DNA of 28,285 bases, taken from contig CAYHTF010000001.1 in assembly GCA_964359535.1 (NCBI GenBank), positions 1 through 28,285 of the forward strand. Reading direction: 5' to 3'. The stretch comes from an uncultured Candidatus Saccharibacteria bacterium. Lineage in GTDB: Bacteria > Patescibacteriota > Minisyncoccia > Minisyncoccales > JAUWAW01. Of this stretch, positions 1-7,682 are shown piece after piece. The notes beneath the pieces were generated by a model. It was not told where the DNA came from, did no database searches, and worked only from the letters and a program-made list of their open reading frames with translations. Within the stretch, counting starts at the first letter, position 1. Every line of letters begins with the position of its first letter. Position numbers and translations under genes: made by a program.

Positions 1-1
1 G

Positions 2-329
2 GCTGAGCAAGAAAAATATCCGCTTCTTCGGCCGCAAAATCATCGTTGTTCTGGCCTACTATATCGCGGTCGTTCTGCCGCTTTATCTTAAAGGCATTAT
101 CGGTCATCCGGACAATAGTTTTTGCGGCTGCGGCAAGGAAGAATTGATTATGGACAAACTAATTGTGGGCATTGCTTCCGGCTCGGTGGGTTTTATTATT
201 GGCGCTATACTTTACCATTATTTGAAAAAGAAAAATCAGGGCAAAGCGTATTTTCCTTTTCAAAAGGTTGTTTTGCCCATTGCCCCTTTGATTATTTTAA
301 CCGTTGTTTTTTACTTCTTAACTCGCTAA
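2..329 (+). CDS. C-terminal part of a small multi-TM membrane protein (5' truncated by window edge), function unknown
   Basis: Frame 2 is open from base 2 (LSKKNIRFFGRKIIVVLAYYIAVVLPLYLKGIIGHPDNSFCGCGKEELIMDKLIVGIASGSVGFIIGAILYHYL...FYFLTR*); hydrophobic segments. Confidence 0.6.
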   Translation, partial: LSKKNIRFFGRKIIVVLAYYIAVVLPLYLKGIIGHPDNSFCGCGKEELIMDKLIVGIASGSVGFIIGAILYHYLKKKNQGKAYFPFQKVVLPIAPLIILTVVFYFLTR

Positions 330-380
330 CTTGTGGATAACTAATTGCCAGAGATCTGTTCTCTGCCAGTTTATTACGCT

Positions 381-920
381 ATGGAACAGCCAATCATTGA
401 AAAATTAAACGAGTTTGTGCAAAAAGCCGACCTGCTCAAAAAGCAGGAAAAGCTTGATTTGTCTTCGGACCAGGATTTAAGCATTGCCATTATGAATTTG
501 GTGAGTATTGAAGAACATTTTTTCTTTTCCGGCGGCAAAACCCAAAAACCAGAGTATTACGACCTAATCAAGGATGTGCGGGAAATGAGAAAAGAACTGC
601 TCAAGAAAATTATTAAGGATTCAGAGCCGGGCGCGGAAAAATGGTGCATTTCCAAGCACTTGCTGGCCGCTTCTATGCGGCTGATGGAAGTGGGCACCAA
701 GCAATTGGGCCAGGACAAAAAACAAGAGGCCTATGATTTGTTTGACAAGGCCTATCAGCTATATTCTCTTTTTTGGGGAATAAATATGGGGCTGGTTAAA
801 ACAGACGACATCAAACACATTGACGATGGCGCCATAAATAAACACGACAAAGAGAAAAAAGGATTTATGGGAAAACTGGGCGAGCTGGTCAAAAAAGTGA
901 TTGACTGCTGTATTGAATAA
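381..920 (+). CDS. hypothetical protein (helical, charged); ORF is open from 345, start at 381 more likely
   Basis: Long ORF with typical codon usage; ends just before a rho-independent terminator-like hairpin. Confidence 0.65.
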   Translation: MEQPIIEKLNEFVQKADLLKKQEKLDLSSDQDLSIAIMNLVSIEEHFFFSGGKTQKPEYYDLIKDVREMRKELLKKIIKDSEPGAEKWCISKHLLAASMRLMEVGTKQLGQDKKQEAYDLFDKAYQLYSLFWGINMGLVKTDDIKHIDDGAINKHDKEKKGFMGKLGELVKKVIDCCIE

Positions 921-938
921 AATAGTCTATAAACAAAA

Positions 939-962
939 TCACCGCAACAAGCGGTGTTTTTG
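939..962 (+). terminator. rho-independent terminator
   Basis: CACCGC-AACAA-GCGGTG followed by TTTTTTG, just downstream of the 381..920 CDS. Confidence 0.8.
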
Positions 963-980
963 TTTACTCATCTTCAAACA

Positions 981-1006
981 TTCAAATACTTAGCATAGTA
1001 TTTGAA
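981..1006. repeat. hairpin (10-bp perfect stem, 6-nt loop)
   Basis: TTCAAATACT-TAGCAT-AGTATTTGAA; lies just beyond the 3' end of the minus-strand methylase ORF. Confidence 0.7.
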
Positions 1007-1036
1007 GTAACCATCGGGGCTGGAATAGACATATTT

Positions 1037-1775
1037 TTATTTACAAACAACATAATGCAAATATTCTAATGTTTTGTTTGTTGTATAATTTCTATTTTCT
1101 GACTTATCCGCTTTGAAGCGATTATATTCTTTCGTGAAATAACCATATTTGCCCCGTAGGATCATTGTTTCTTTAATATCCTTAAGCGTCATAAGTCCCT
1201 CGTTGTTGTAGCTTAAAAAGATATATTTTGCTTTCGCTTTTAAAATCAAATCCTTAAATACTTTTTTTACCTGCGTTCCTGAGCAATAAAGAGATTTTTG
1301 ATTTTGATAATCACGCAAGCCAGTTTTTCCATGTATTTTTGGATTATCATATTTGGCGATAGTTTCAAGCATGTGATAATTTGTTGCGTATTGCCGGTGA
1401 TTATATGGCGGGTCAAGATATAAAATGTCCCCTTCAACCTTGCTCGCAAGATTATTAATGTCCTCGTTGAAAACTTGGTGTTCTTGGTCATTCATTATCA
1501 ACTCTGCCGGTTTTAACACAAATGGCGTTTGTGCCGTCTTTTTTAATTGTTTCAAAAACGCGCCATAAATAGAGGCGGTATTCGCTCGTCTATCAATCGT
1601 TTCAATAAGTGTGGCCAGGAGAAAATAATACTCATTGTCAGTAATCAGCTTTTCTTTTTTCCAATTCTCAACTTTTTGGCGAATTGCGTCGCATCTCATT
1701 CCGTTTTCGTCAGAAAAATATTGTCGCCCCTCGTTTTTATTTTTAGTTCCGCCAACGCAATAGTTTTTATAATAA
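1037..1775 (-). pseudogene. D12-class N6-adenine DNA methyltransferase, C-terminal portion only (ORF nominally 1037..1819)
   Basis: YKNYCVGGTKNKNEGRQYFSDENG...VANTASIYGAFLKQLKKTAQ-like region, LYLDPPYNHRQYATNYHMLETI, YNRFKADKSENRNYTTNKTLEYLHYVV; no N-terminal YIGSK.../DLFAGTG SAM-binding motif in any frame upstream. Confidence 0.75.
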
Positions 1776-2054
1776 AGCAGGCGTGCCATATCCGCATTTC
1801 TCGCAAACATCACGCTCAACCAAATTTTTGCCGTCTATATCAAACATTCTTGACACTAACTCAACTTCGCAATGAATACAAATCTCTCTTGCCTCTGTCA
1901 ATTCATAATCTACAACTTTCAAATTATCATCAATACCATCAAATTTTGAGTATTGGTTATCCGTATTATGCAAAGCAATAACTAATTGTTTCTCCAAATC
2001 AATTTTAGACAAACTGCTTTCCACTTTGGCTTTTATATTTACATCGTAAAACAT
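1767..2054 (-). CDS. small protein with a CxxC...CxxC zinc-ribbon-like C-terminus, function unknown
   Basis: 95-aa ORF ending ICIHCEVELVSRMFDIDGKNLVERDVCEKCGYGTPALL*. Confidence 0.5.
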   Translation of the reverse strand: MFYDVNIKAKVESSLSKIDLEKQLVIALHNTDNQYSKFDGIDDNLKVVDYELTEAREICIHCEVELVSRMFDIDGKNLVERDVCEKCGYGTPALL

Positions 2055-2098
2055 AAATTTTTTGTTAATTGTTAATATTGATACTAAAATTCAAAAAA

Positions 2099-2800
2099 TT
2101 ACCCCTGAAATATATACTTTTTGTGATATTCCAAAAATTCTTCTCTACCGTCAACATTTAAGTCTTCAACGGCTTGATTATTGAAAATATTTAATCTAAC
2201 AATATTTTCTTTTGAAAGCTTGCTTGAAATCAAAATCTTTTTATCAAGTGTGAATGTTATCAACCCAATACCCCTATCAAATAATTTATCAAATAATGGA
2301 GAAAGCAAAATTCCATTTTTTACATTTATTCTTTCTTCATTGTTGCTGTGCACCCAAGGTTTAATATGGCTAGCAATTAAAAGTCTTTTATCGTCAATTC
2401 CCGTAATGGGACATCTTTTCATCTCTGAAAATAAATTACTCCTAAAATAGGATTGTCCGATTCTACTTTTTTGCTCAATAATTTTTTCTGTATTTTTAAA
2501 TTTTCTTGTTGCCCTAAAAACAATTTTATTTTTATCAATAGTAAAAAAACCTAAATCGTCTTTTTCAATTTTTTCTATAAAATCAGTCAACGCGTAAACT
2601 CCTTTTGCGATTCTTGTAAATCTCGAGTCTCTTTGAACTCTTTCCTGAATTGTGTTATCTGGAGTTATCCCAGTAATTTTACTTTTATCTTTGTAGTTCC
2701 AAACCTCCTTATATAAAAGCTTTAACGGCGCAAAATAACCATTGTTCATCATCACTCTTTCTATCGCTTCGGAATAAGTTGTGTCGTCGTTATTAAACAT
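2099..2800 (-). CDS. HNH restriction endonuclease-like protein with N-terminal HARE-HTH domain
   Basis: N-term TYSEAIERVMMNNGYFAPLKLLYKEV...GITPDNTIQERVQRDSRFTRIAKGVYAL (HARE-HTH-like); C-term CPITGIDDKRLLIASHIKPW...NVKNGILLSPLFDKLFDRGIGLITF (HNH_2-like); overlaps the methylase gene by 8 nt. Confidence 0.8.
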   Translation of the reverse strand: MFNNDDTTYSEAIERVMMNNGYFAPLKLLYKEVWNYKDKSKITGITPDNTIQERVQRDSRFTRIAKGVYALTDFIEKIEKDDLGFFTIDKNKIVFRATRKFKNTEKIIEQKSRIGQSYFRSNLFSEMKRCPITGIDDKRLLIASHIKPWVHSNNEERINVKNGILLSPLFDKLFDRGIGLITFTLDKKILISSKLSKENIVRLNIFNNQAVEDLNVDGREEFLEYHKKYIFQG

Positions 2801-3563
2801 ATTGAAATTGTTTAAAAATGTAATAATCGCTAGACAACGCCCTATATTTCCAAATAGCTTCTTTGTGCTGTTTGGCGCGATTGCCTTCTATATTTTTAAT
2901 TATAATACTTTTTAGCGTAAGCCCCAATTTCTGAGCTTCGTTCATGCAATAAAACCCTAAAGGTATCCATCTGCCAGCCGTGTATTTATCGCCAATAACA
3001 ATCGTGAGATATCTGGCTTTCTCCAAAACTTCAATCGTGTTTTTTAGAACAGCCGAAAATTTTTCTAAAAATTCTTTAAGCGACTTAGTATTTGATAAAT
3101 CCTCTTTCAAGTCGCTAAACTTAATTATATCAGCGTAAGGCGGGTGTAGAATTGCTAATTGTATATTTTTCTTTTTTCTTGCGTTTAAGATTTCAGTTAT
3201 GCTCGAAAAAGTCTTTTTATCAGTACTGTCGCCAGTTATAAGTTCCGCGAAATAATTCTCATTATCGACCCTGCTTTTTATATGTTTTATAAGGTCATGC
3301 TGTATATCAATTCCAATAAAATGTCTGCCTAATCTTTCAGCTTCGTAAGCTGTTGTTCCGCTACCTACAAATGGGTCAAAAACAATATCGTTTCTTTTTG
3401 TATATCTCAAAATTAATTGTCGTGGAATCTGTGGGACAAAATTGCCGTGATAAAAGCCGTCGTGCTTTCCGGTTTTGTCTCTTTCGGGAATAATCCATAA
3501 ACTATCCGTCCAAATTTCTGATTCTTTCCAATTATTTAAATTTACATCATTGAAGTTCGGCAT
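2793..3563 (-). CDS. DNA (N4/N6) methyltransferase of an R-M system
   Basis: FVPQIPRQLILRYTKRNDIVFDPFVGSGTTAYEAERLGRHFIGIDI (motif X/I) and LAILHPPYADIIKFSD (motif IV). Confidence 0.85.
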   Translation of the reverse strand: MPNFNDVNLNNWKESEIWTDSLWIIPERDKTGKHDGFYHGNFVPQIPRQLILRYTKRNDIVFDPFVGSGTTAYEAERLGRHFIGIDIQHDLIKHIKSRVDNENYFAELITGDSTDKKTFSSITEILNARKKKNIQLAILHPPYADIIKFSDLKEDLSNTKSLKEFLEKFSAVLKNTIEVLEKARYLTIVIGDKYTAGRWIPLGFYCMNEAQKLGLTLKSIIIKNIEGNRAKQHKEAIWKYRALSSDYYIFKQFQYV

Positions 3564-3672
3564 GATTATTTTTATCGTATTGCCGCCTACGCTAAAGCTT
3601 CGGCGGGCATAAGACCCGCTAAATTCGCTTCGCCCCGCTAAACGGGGCTTCGCTCATTAAGCGGCTCTTATG

Positions 3673-3743
3673 TCGGGGCGTCGGGATTCGAACCCGAATT
3701 AAATCTTCCCAAAAGACTCGTGCTGCCATTGCACTACGCCCCG
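3673..3743 (-). tRNA. tRNA-Pro(TGG)
   Basis: RC CGGGGCGTAGTGCAATGGCAGCACGAGTCTTTTGGGAAGATTTAATTCGGGTTCGAATCCCGACGCCCCGA; 7-bp acceptor, GTTCGAAT T-loop, anticodon loop TTTGGGA. Confidence 0.92.
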
Positions 3744-3843
3744 TTTTTTAACCTTGCTTTCATCTTAACGGAAAACTGGGACTGGTCAACCCATTCTTGT
3801 TTTTCCACTGTGGTATAATTATATTGCGTAGTATAATAAAGTT

Positions 3844-4788
3844 GTGAAACTCAAAGATTTTTTTCAAGAGTTCAATATCCCGGGCCAATGCCGAAAATAC
3901 GGCTTGCCGCTTTGGCAATGCCCGCAGTTTTTGTTTTTGCTGATGGGTCTTGTTATTATCTTCGCCAACACCGTTATTTATGCTGTCGGCACTCGTTTTT
4001 TCGCTGAGCCAGAGACAGTCGCTCTAGTTGTCATTGCTGTTACGGCAGTACTGTTTATTATGTCCTTTACTATAATGCGCAGCTTTGAACGGCTGGCCGA
4101 GGTGAGTCGCATGAAAACGGAATTCGTCAATGTGGTTTCCCATCAGTTAAGGGCGCCCATTTCCAATCTAACTTGGGCTATTGAGTTTTTGATGTCCGGC
4201 CGAATAGGCCAGGACAAAGAAAAACAGGCGGAATATTTTGAGCTTCTCAAAGAGAACAGCGCTAGAATGCAAGAGCTTGTTTCGGACTTACTGACAGTTG
4301 CGCGCATTGAAACAGCCACTTTGGTTCTGCAAAAAGACAAGGTTTTGCTGGCCGAAGTAGTTCAAGAAGTCATTAACGCTTTCAAAATTTTCGCTCAATC
4401 ATCGCATGTGGAAATAAAAGTTAATATTGAAGAAGGCCTGCCCGCGATTTTAGCCGACCGCGGCCAGCTTAAAATAGCCGTTGAAAACTTGATAGAAAAC
4501 GCTATCCGCTATACTAAAGGAAAGGGCCGGGTCCAAGCTATCCTTAAGCGTGTGGAAAACATGATTTATTTCGCGGTCAAAGACGACGGCGAGGGCATAC
4601 CCAAACCGGACCAGAAGTTTATTTTTCAGAAGTTTTTCCGCGCTGAAAACGCGCGCCAGCTCCAAACTCAGGGTTCGGGACTGGGCCTTTACATTACCAA
4701 AGCCATTATTGAAAAGTCGGGCGGTCGAATCGGCTTTGAAAGCCAGGAAGGCAAAGGCAGCCGTTTTTGGTTTAGTTTGCCCCGTTAA
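3844..4788 (+). CDS. membrane sensor histidine kinase
   Basis: Two N-terminal TM segments, HisKA VNVVSHQLRAPISNLTWAIEFL, HATPase N box ENLIENAIRYT, DDGEGIP, GSGLGLYI. Confidence 0.95.
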   Translation: MKLKDFFQEFNIPGQCRKYGLPLWQCPQFLFLLMGLVIIFANTVIYAVGTRFFAEPETVALVVIAVTAVLFIMSFTIMRSFERLAEVSRMKTEFVNVVSHQLRAPISNLTWAIEFLMSGRIGQDKEKQAEYFELLKENSARMQELVSDLLTVARIETATLVLQKDKVLLAEVVQEVINAFKIFAQSSHVEIKVNIEEGLPAILADRGQLKIAVENLIENAIRYTKGKGRVQAILKRVENMIYFAVKDDGEGIPKPDQKFIFQKFFRAENARQLQTQGSGLGLYITKAIIEKSGGRIGFESQEGKGSRFWFSLPR

Positions 4789-4809
4789 CTTCACAAGATA
4801 TACACAGTT

Positions 4810-6021
4810 TTGTATAATGCTGTTATACAGCAGATATTTATGATTTATCCAAGGAAGCTATTGGTAAAAGTTAAAAATCGGTTGAAAGCCAAGGAGATCG
4901 TAGTGGTGACGGGAATGCGTCGAGTGGGCAAAACCACGCTTTTGAAAATGGTTTTTGACGGCATTAATAGCCCTAACAAGGTTTTTTTAGATATTGAAAA
5001 TCCAGTGGAACAAAAAATTTTTGAAGAAAAAGATTATAACAACATTTGGGCTAACTTAAAGCCATATGGTATTGCAAATACCAGCAAGTCCTACCTATTT
5101 TTAGATGAGGTTCAGGCAAGCCCAAGCATTATTAAAGCGGTTAAATATTTACAGGATCATTATGATGTAAAATTTTTCTTAACTGGCTCCAGTAGTTTTT
5201 ATCTGAAAAATCTTTTCTCTGAAAGTTTGGCTGGCCGTAAAATAATTTTTGAAATGTTTCCACTTGATTTTGAAGAGTTTTTAATTTTTAAGGGCATCAC
5301 TAAAGAGTTTCATATTTCATTTAAGCAGAAACAAGACAAGAAAAATAAAATTCAGCATGAGCGGCTGAAAAAGTTTTACGAGGAATACTTGGAATTTGGC
5401 GGGTTTCCGCAAGTTGTTTTAGCTGAAAGTTTTGAGCAAAAGAAGGAAAATCTCAAGGATATTTTCAAATCTTACTTCGAAAAAGATGTGCGGTCTTTAG
5501 CTGATTTCCGCGAGATTAATGTTTTTCGCGATTTATTGCTTTTACTTTTACGGAGAGTTGGCTCTAAATTAGAGATAAGCAAGCTGTCTGTCGAGGTTGG
5601 CGCTGCCAGAGCCACGGTTTATTCCTACTTGTCGTTTTTACAAGGCACTTATATGATTGATTTAGTGCCACTTTATTCCAAAAGTATTGATAAAGAGGTG
5701 GCTGGAGCTAAAAAAGTATATGTTTGCGATAATGGCTTGTTAAGTCAATTTAGTCGTGTTAGTAGCGGGGCTTTGTTGGAAAATGCTGTTTATCTTAATT
5801 TAAAACAATGTGGCAAGATTGGTTATTATCAAAAAAGGCAAGGATCGGAAGTAGATTTTATTTTAGATGACAAAATTGCCCTTGAGGTTAAGGAAAAAGG
5901 AAACGAAAGCGATTACTTAAAATTGAGCAGGATTGCCAAGAGTTTAGACATAAAAGAAAGATATGTTGTCAGTAAAGATTTCGCGCCAAAAAGGGGGTTT
6001 ATTCCTGCTTCTGAAGTTTAA
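4810..6021 (+). CDS. ATP-binding protein, AAA + DUF4143 type
   Basis: VVTGMRRVGKTTLLKMVF (Walker A), SYLFLDEVQ (Walker B), C-term YYQKRQGSEVDFIL...IALEVKEKG nuclease-like motif; start could be 4840. Confidence 0.85.
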   Translation: MYNAVIQQIFMIYPRKLLVKVKNRLKAKEIVVVTGMRRVGKTTLLKMVFDGINSPNKVFLDIENPVEQKIFEEKDYNNIWANLKPYGIANTSKSYLFLDEVQASPSIIKAVKYLQDHYDVKFFLTGSSSFYLKNLFSESLAGRKIIFEMFPLDFEEFLIFKGITKEFHISFKQKQDKKNKIQHERLKKFYEEYLEFGGFPQVVLAESFEQKKENLKDIFKSYFEKDVRSLADFREINVFRDLLLLLLRRVGSKLEISKLSVEVGAARATVYSYLSFLQGTYMIDLVPLYSKSIDKEVAGAKKVYVCDNGLLSQFSRVSSGALLENAVYLNLKQCGKIGYYQKRQGSEVDFILDDKIALEVKEKGNESDYLKLSRIAKSLDIKERYVVSKDFAPKRGFIPASEV

Positions 6022-6063
6022 AATTATTTTGCTTGCCCCGTAAAGTATAAAAAGTATAAATTT

Positions 6064-6882
6064 ATGTATTTCAAAAAAAACACCCTAACAAGAGTAACCG
6101 CGTTAATCTATTTTGTGGGTTTTGCTATTGTTTTTTATTTGGTATTAAATATTGCTAATCCCAGCGCTTCCGGCGGAGAAGGTGTGTTTGGTCAGATAGC
6201 GTATGTGGTAGTAAGTGCGTTTGGGATAATAATACCAACTGTGTTCGCGGGAACAATGTTAATTAGTGGTTTTATACAAATTGGTTTTTCGATTGTAGGG
6301 TGGAAAAAATTAACTATTGCAGACAAAGTTATTTTTGCAATTATGTTGTTAAGTTTTTTGTTTATGTTTCTTATTCTTGCTTATAACTTTTTGATTTATA
6401 GAACTGAAGGTTATCAAAATTCAAAAATAATAGAAAGCATAAAAGAGCAAGACAATCCAGATTTATGTGGAGAAATAAAAGATCAAAATATAGTTATTGA
6501 AAATGAGACAATAGAACATTGTTATAAGGAGTTTGCCCTAAAAAGACAAGACCCTAATTTATGTAAAAACAATTCTTGCTTTATTGAATTGGCTATAATT
6601 CTTAAAGATCCCTCTTTGTGTGAAAAGATGGTTTATGATTTTTCTGAACCAGGTTGTTATGAGGATGTTTTTAATGAAATTTGGGGAAGCATAGAAAATA
6701 AAGAAGCTGTTTGTGGTGCGATTGAGGATACAAATAACAAAAAGTGCTGCTTCAAGAGAATAGAATTAGAAAGGGTTTTAAATAAACCTTGGAGAAGCGA
6801 AGAAAGTAGAAAAGCGGTTTGTGGCAGTAAGGATCCAGGTCTCGCAGATTGTTGCTCTTTTAGGGTAGAACTAGAAAAGTAA
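6064..6882 (+). CDS. membrane protein with Cys-rich repeated C-terminal region, unknown function
   Basis: N-terminal TM helices; repeated DPxLC / CxxE-type motifs (NPDLCGEI, DPNLCKNNSC, DPSLCEKM, GCYEDVF, NKEAVCGAI, KKCCFKR, KAVCGSKDPGLADCC). Confidence 0.6.
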   Translation: MYFKKNTLTRVTALIYFVGFAIVFYLVLNIANPSASGGEGVFGQIAYVVVSAFGIIIPTVFAGTMLISGFIQIGFSIVGWKKLTIADKVIFAIMLLSFLFMFLILAYNFLIYRTEGYQNSKIIESIKEQDNPDLCGEIKDQNIVIENETIEHCYKEFALKRQDPNLCKNNSCFIELAIILKDPSLCEKMVYDFSEPGCYEDVFNEIWGSIENKEAVCGAIEDTNNKKCCFKRIELERVLNKPWRSEESRKAVCGSKDPGLADCCSFRVELEK

Positions 6883-6993
6883 AAAAGTTTATAAATTTTA
6901 TGGTAGAAAAAGAAGAACAATTACAAAAACAAGGGAAGTTGATAAATATTGACAACTGTTTTTGTTTTGTTACAATTAAAGAGATTAATCTCA

Positions 6994-7030
6994 CTGCGTT
7001 CGGGGTCGCAAGCCCATGACCGCAGTTTTT
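6994..7030 (+). terminator. possible rho-independent terminator or structured hairpin
   Basis: CTGCG...GGG-GTCGCAAG-CCC...CGCAG followed by TTTTTATTTA. Confidence 0.45.
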
Positions 7031-7177
7031 ATTTAAAATGCGAGTTGTAATTTTTATTGATGGCAGTAATTTTTATCATCACCTTAAATATCTAACCGCT
7101 GGAAAGAATAATTTATCTCTGTTGAGTTAGGACTTTTAACGGGGTTTGCCTATAAAATAATTATAAATAATACGAAT

Positions 7178-7543
7178 ATGAAAAAAATTCTTTTAATTGA
7201 GGACGAGGCGGCTTTGCAAAAAACCGTGGGCGATCTTTTAATCTCCGAGGGCTACGAGGTGCGCTCGGCTCTGGACGGCGAAATCGGAGTTGCTTTGGCT
7301 CAAAGCGAAAAGCCGGACTTGATTTTGCTTGACTTAATCTTGCCCAAGCTTCACGGATTTGAAGTGCTCAAGTTTTTAAAGAGCAACGAAAGCACCAAAG
7401 ATATTCCGGTGATTGTGCTTACTAATTTAGAAAAGGTCTCTGATGTGGACAGGGCTTTGGAGCTTGGCGCGACCACTTATCTCGTTAAAGCGGCTTACAC
7501 TTTGGAGGAAATAGTGGAGAAAGTGAAAAAAGCGCTCGAATGA
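7178..7543 (+). CDS. response regulator (CheY-like receiver only)
   Basis: KKILLIEDEAALQKTVGDLL, DLILLDLILPKLHGFEVLKFLK, VIVLTNL, YLVKAAY. Confidence 0.93.
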   Translation: MKKILLIEDEAALQKTVGDLLISEGYEVRSALDGEIGVALAQSEKPDLILLDLILPKLHGFEVLKFLKSNESTKDIPVIVLTNLEKVSDVDRALELGATTYLVKAAYTLEEIVEKVKKALE

Positions 7544-7682
7544 TAAATTAGAAAATAGTTATTGGAACATAGAAAATGGTAATAGAAATTAGAAAATGGA
7601 AAAAATAGACGATTAACCAATTTCTAATTTCCATTTTCCATTACTAATTTCAAATTTCTAACAACCAATTTCCGTTGAATCT
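7543..7682. repeat. AT-rich degenerate inverted/tandem repeat spacer
   Basis: TAATAGAAATTAGAAAATGGAAAA vs AATTTCTAATTTCCATTTTCCATTACTAATTTCAAATTTCTAAC. Confidence 0.6.

Noticed and set aside
2-340. Possible prepilin peptidase C-terminus near a pilus operon
   Set aside because: No aspartyl protease motifs (GxGD or the other conserved Asp) and no PilD-like signature; left as unknown membrane protein.
1267-1981. Overlapping ORFs 1267..1491 (-) and 1547..1981 (+)
   Set aside because: They lie inside or antisense to the clearly homologous D12 methylase and zinc-ribbon ORFs; translations show no family features.
4810-6021. DUF4143-type ATPase as part of a defence system
   Set aside because: These ATPases are common and of unclear function; no partner effector is adjacent (neighbours are a histidine kinase and a Cys-rich membrane protein).
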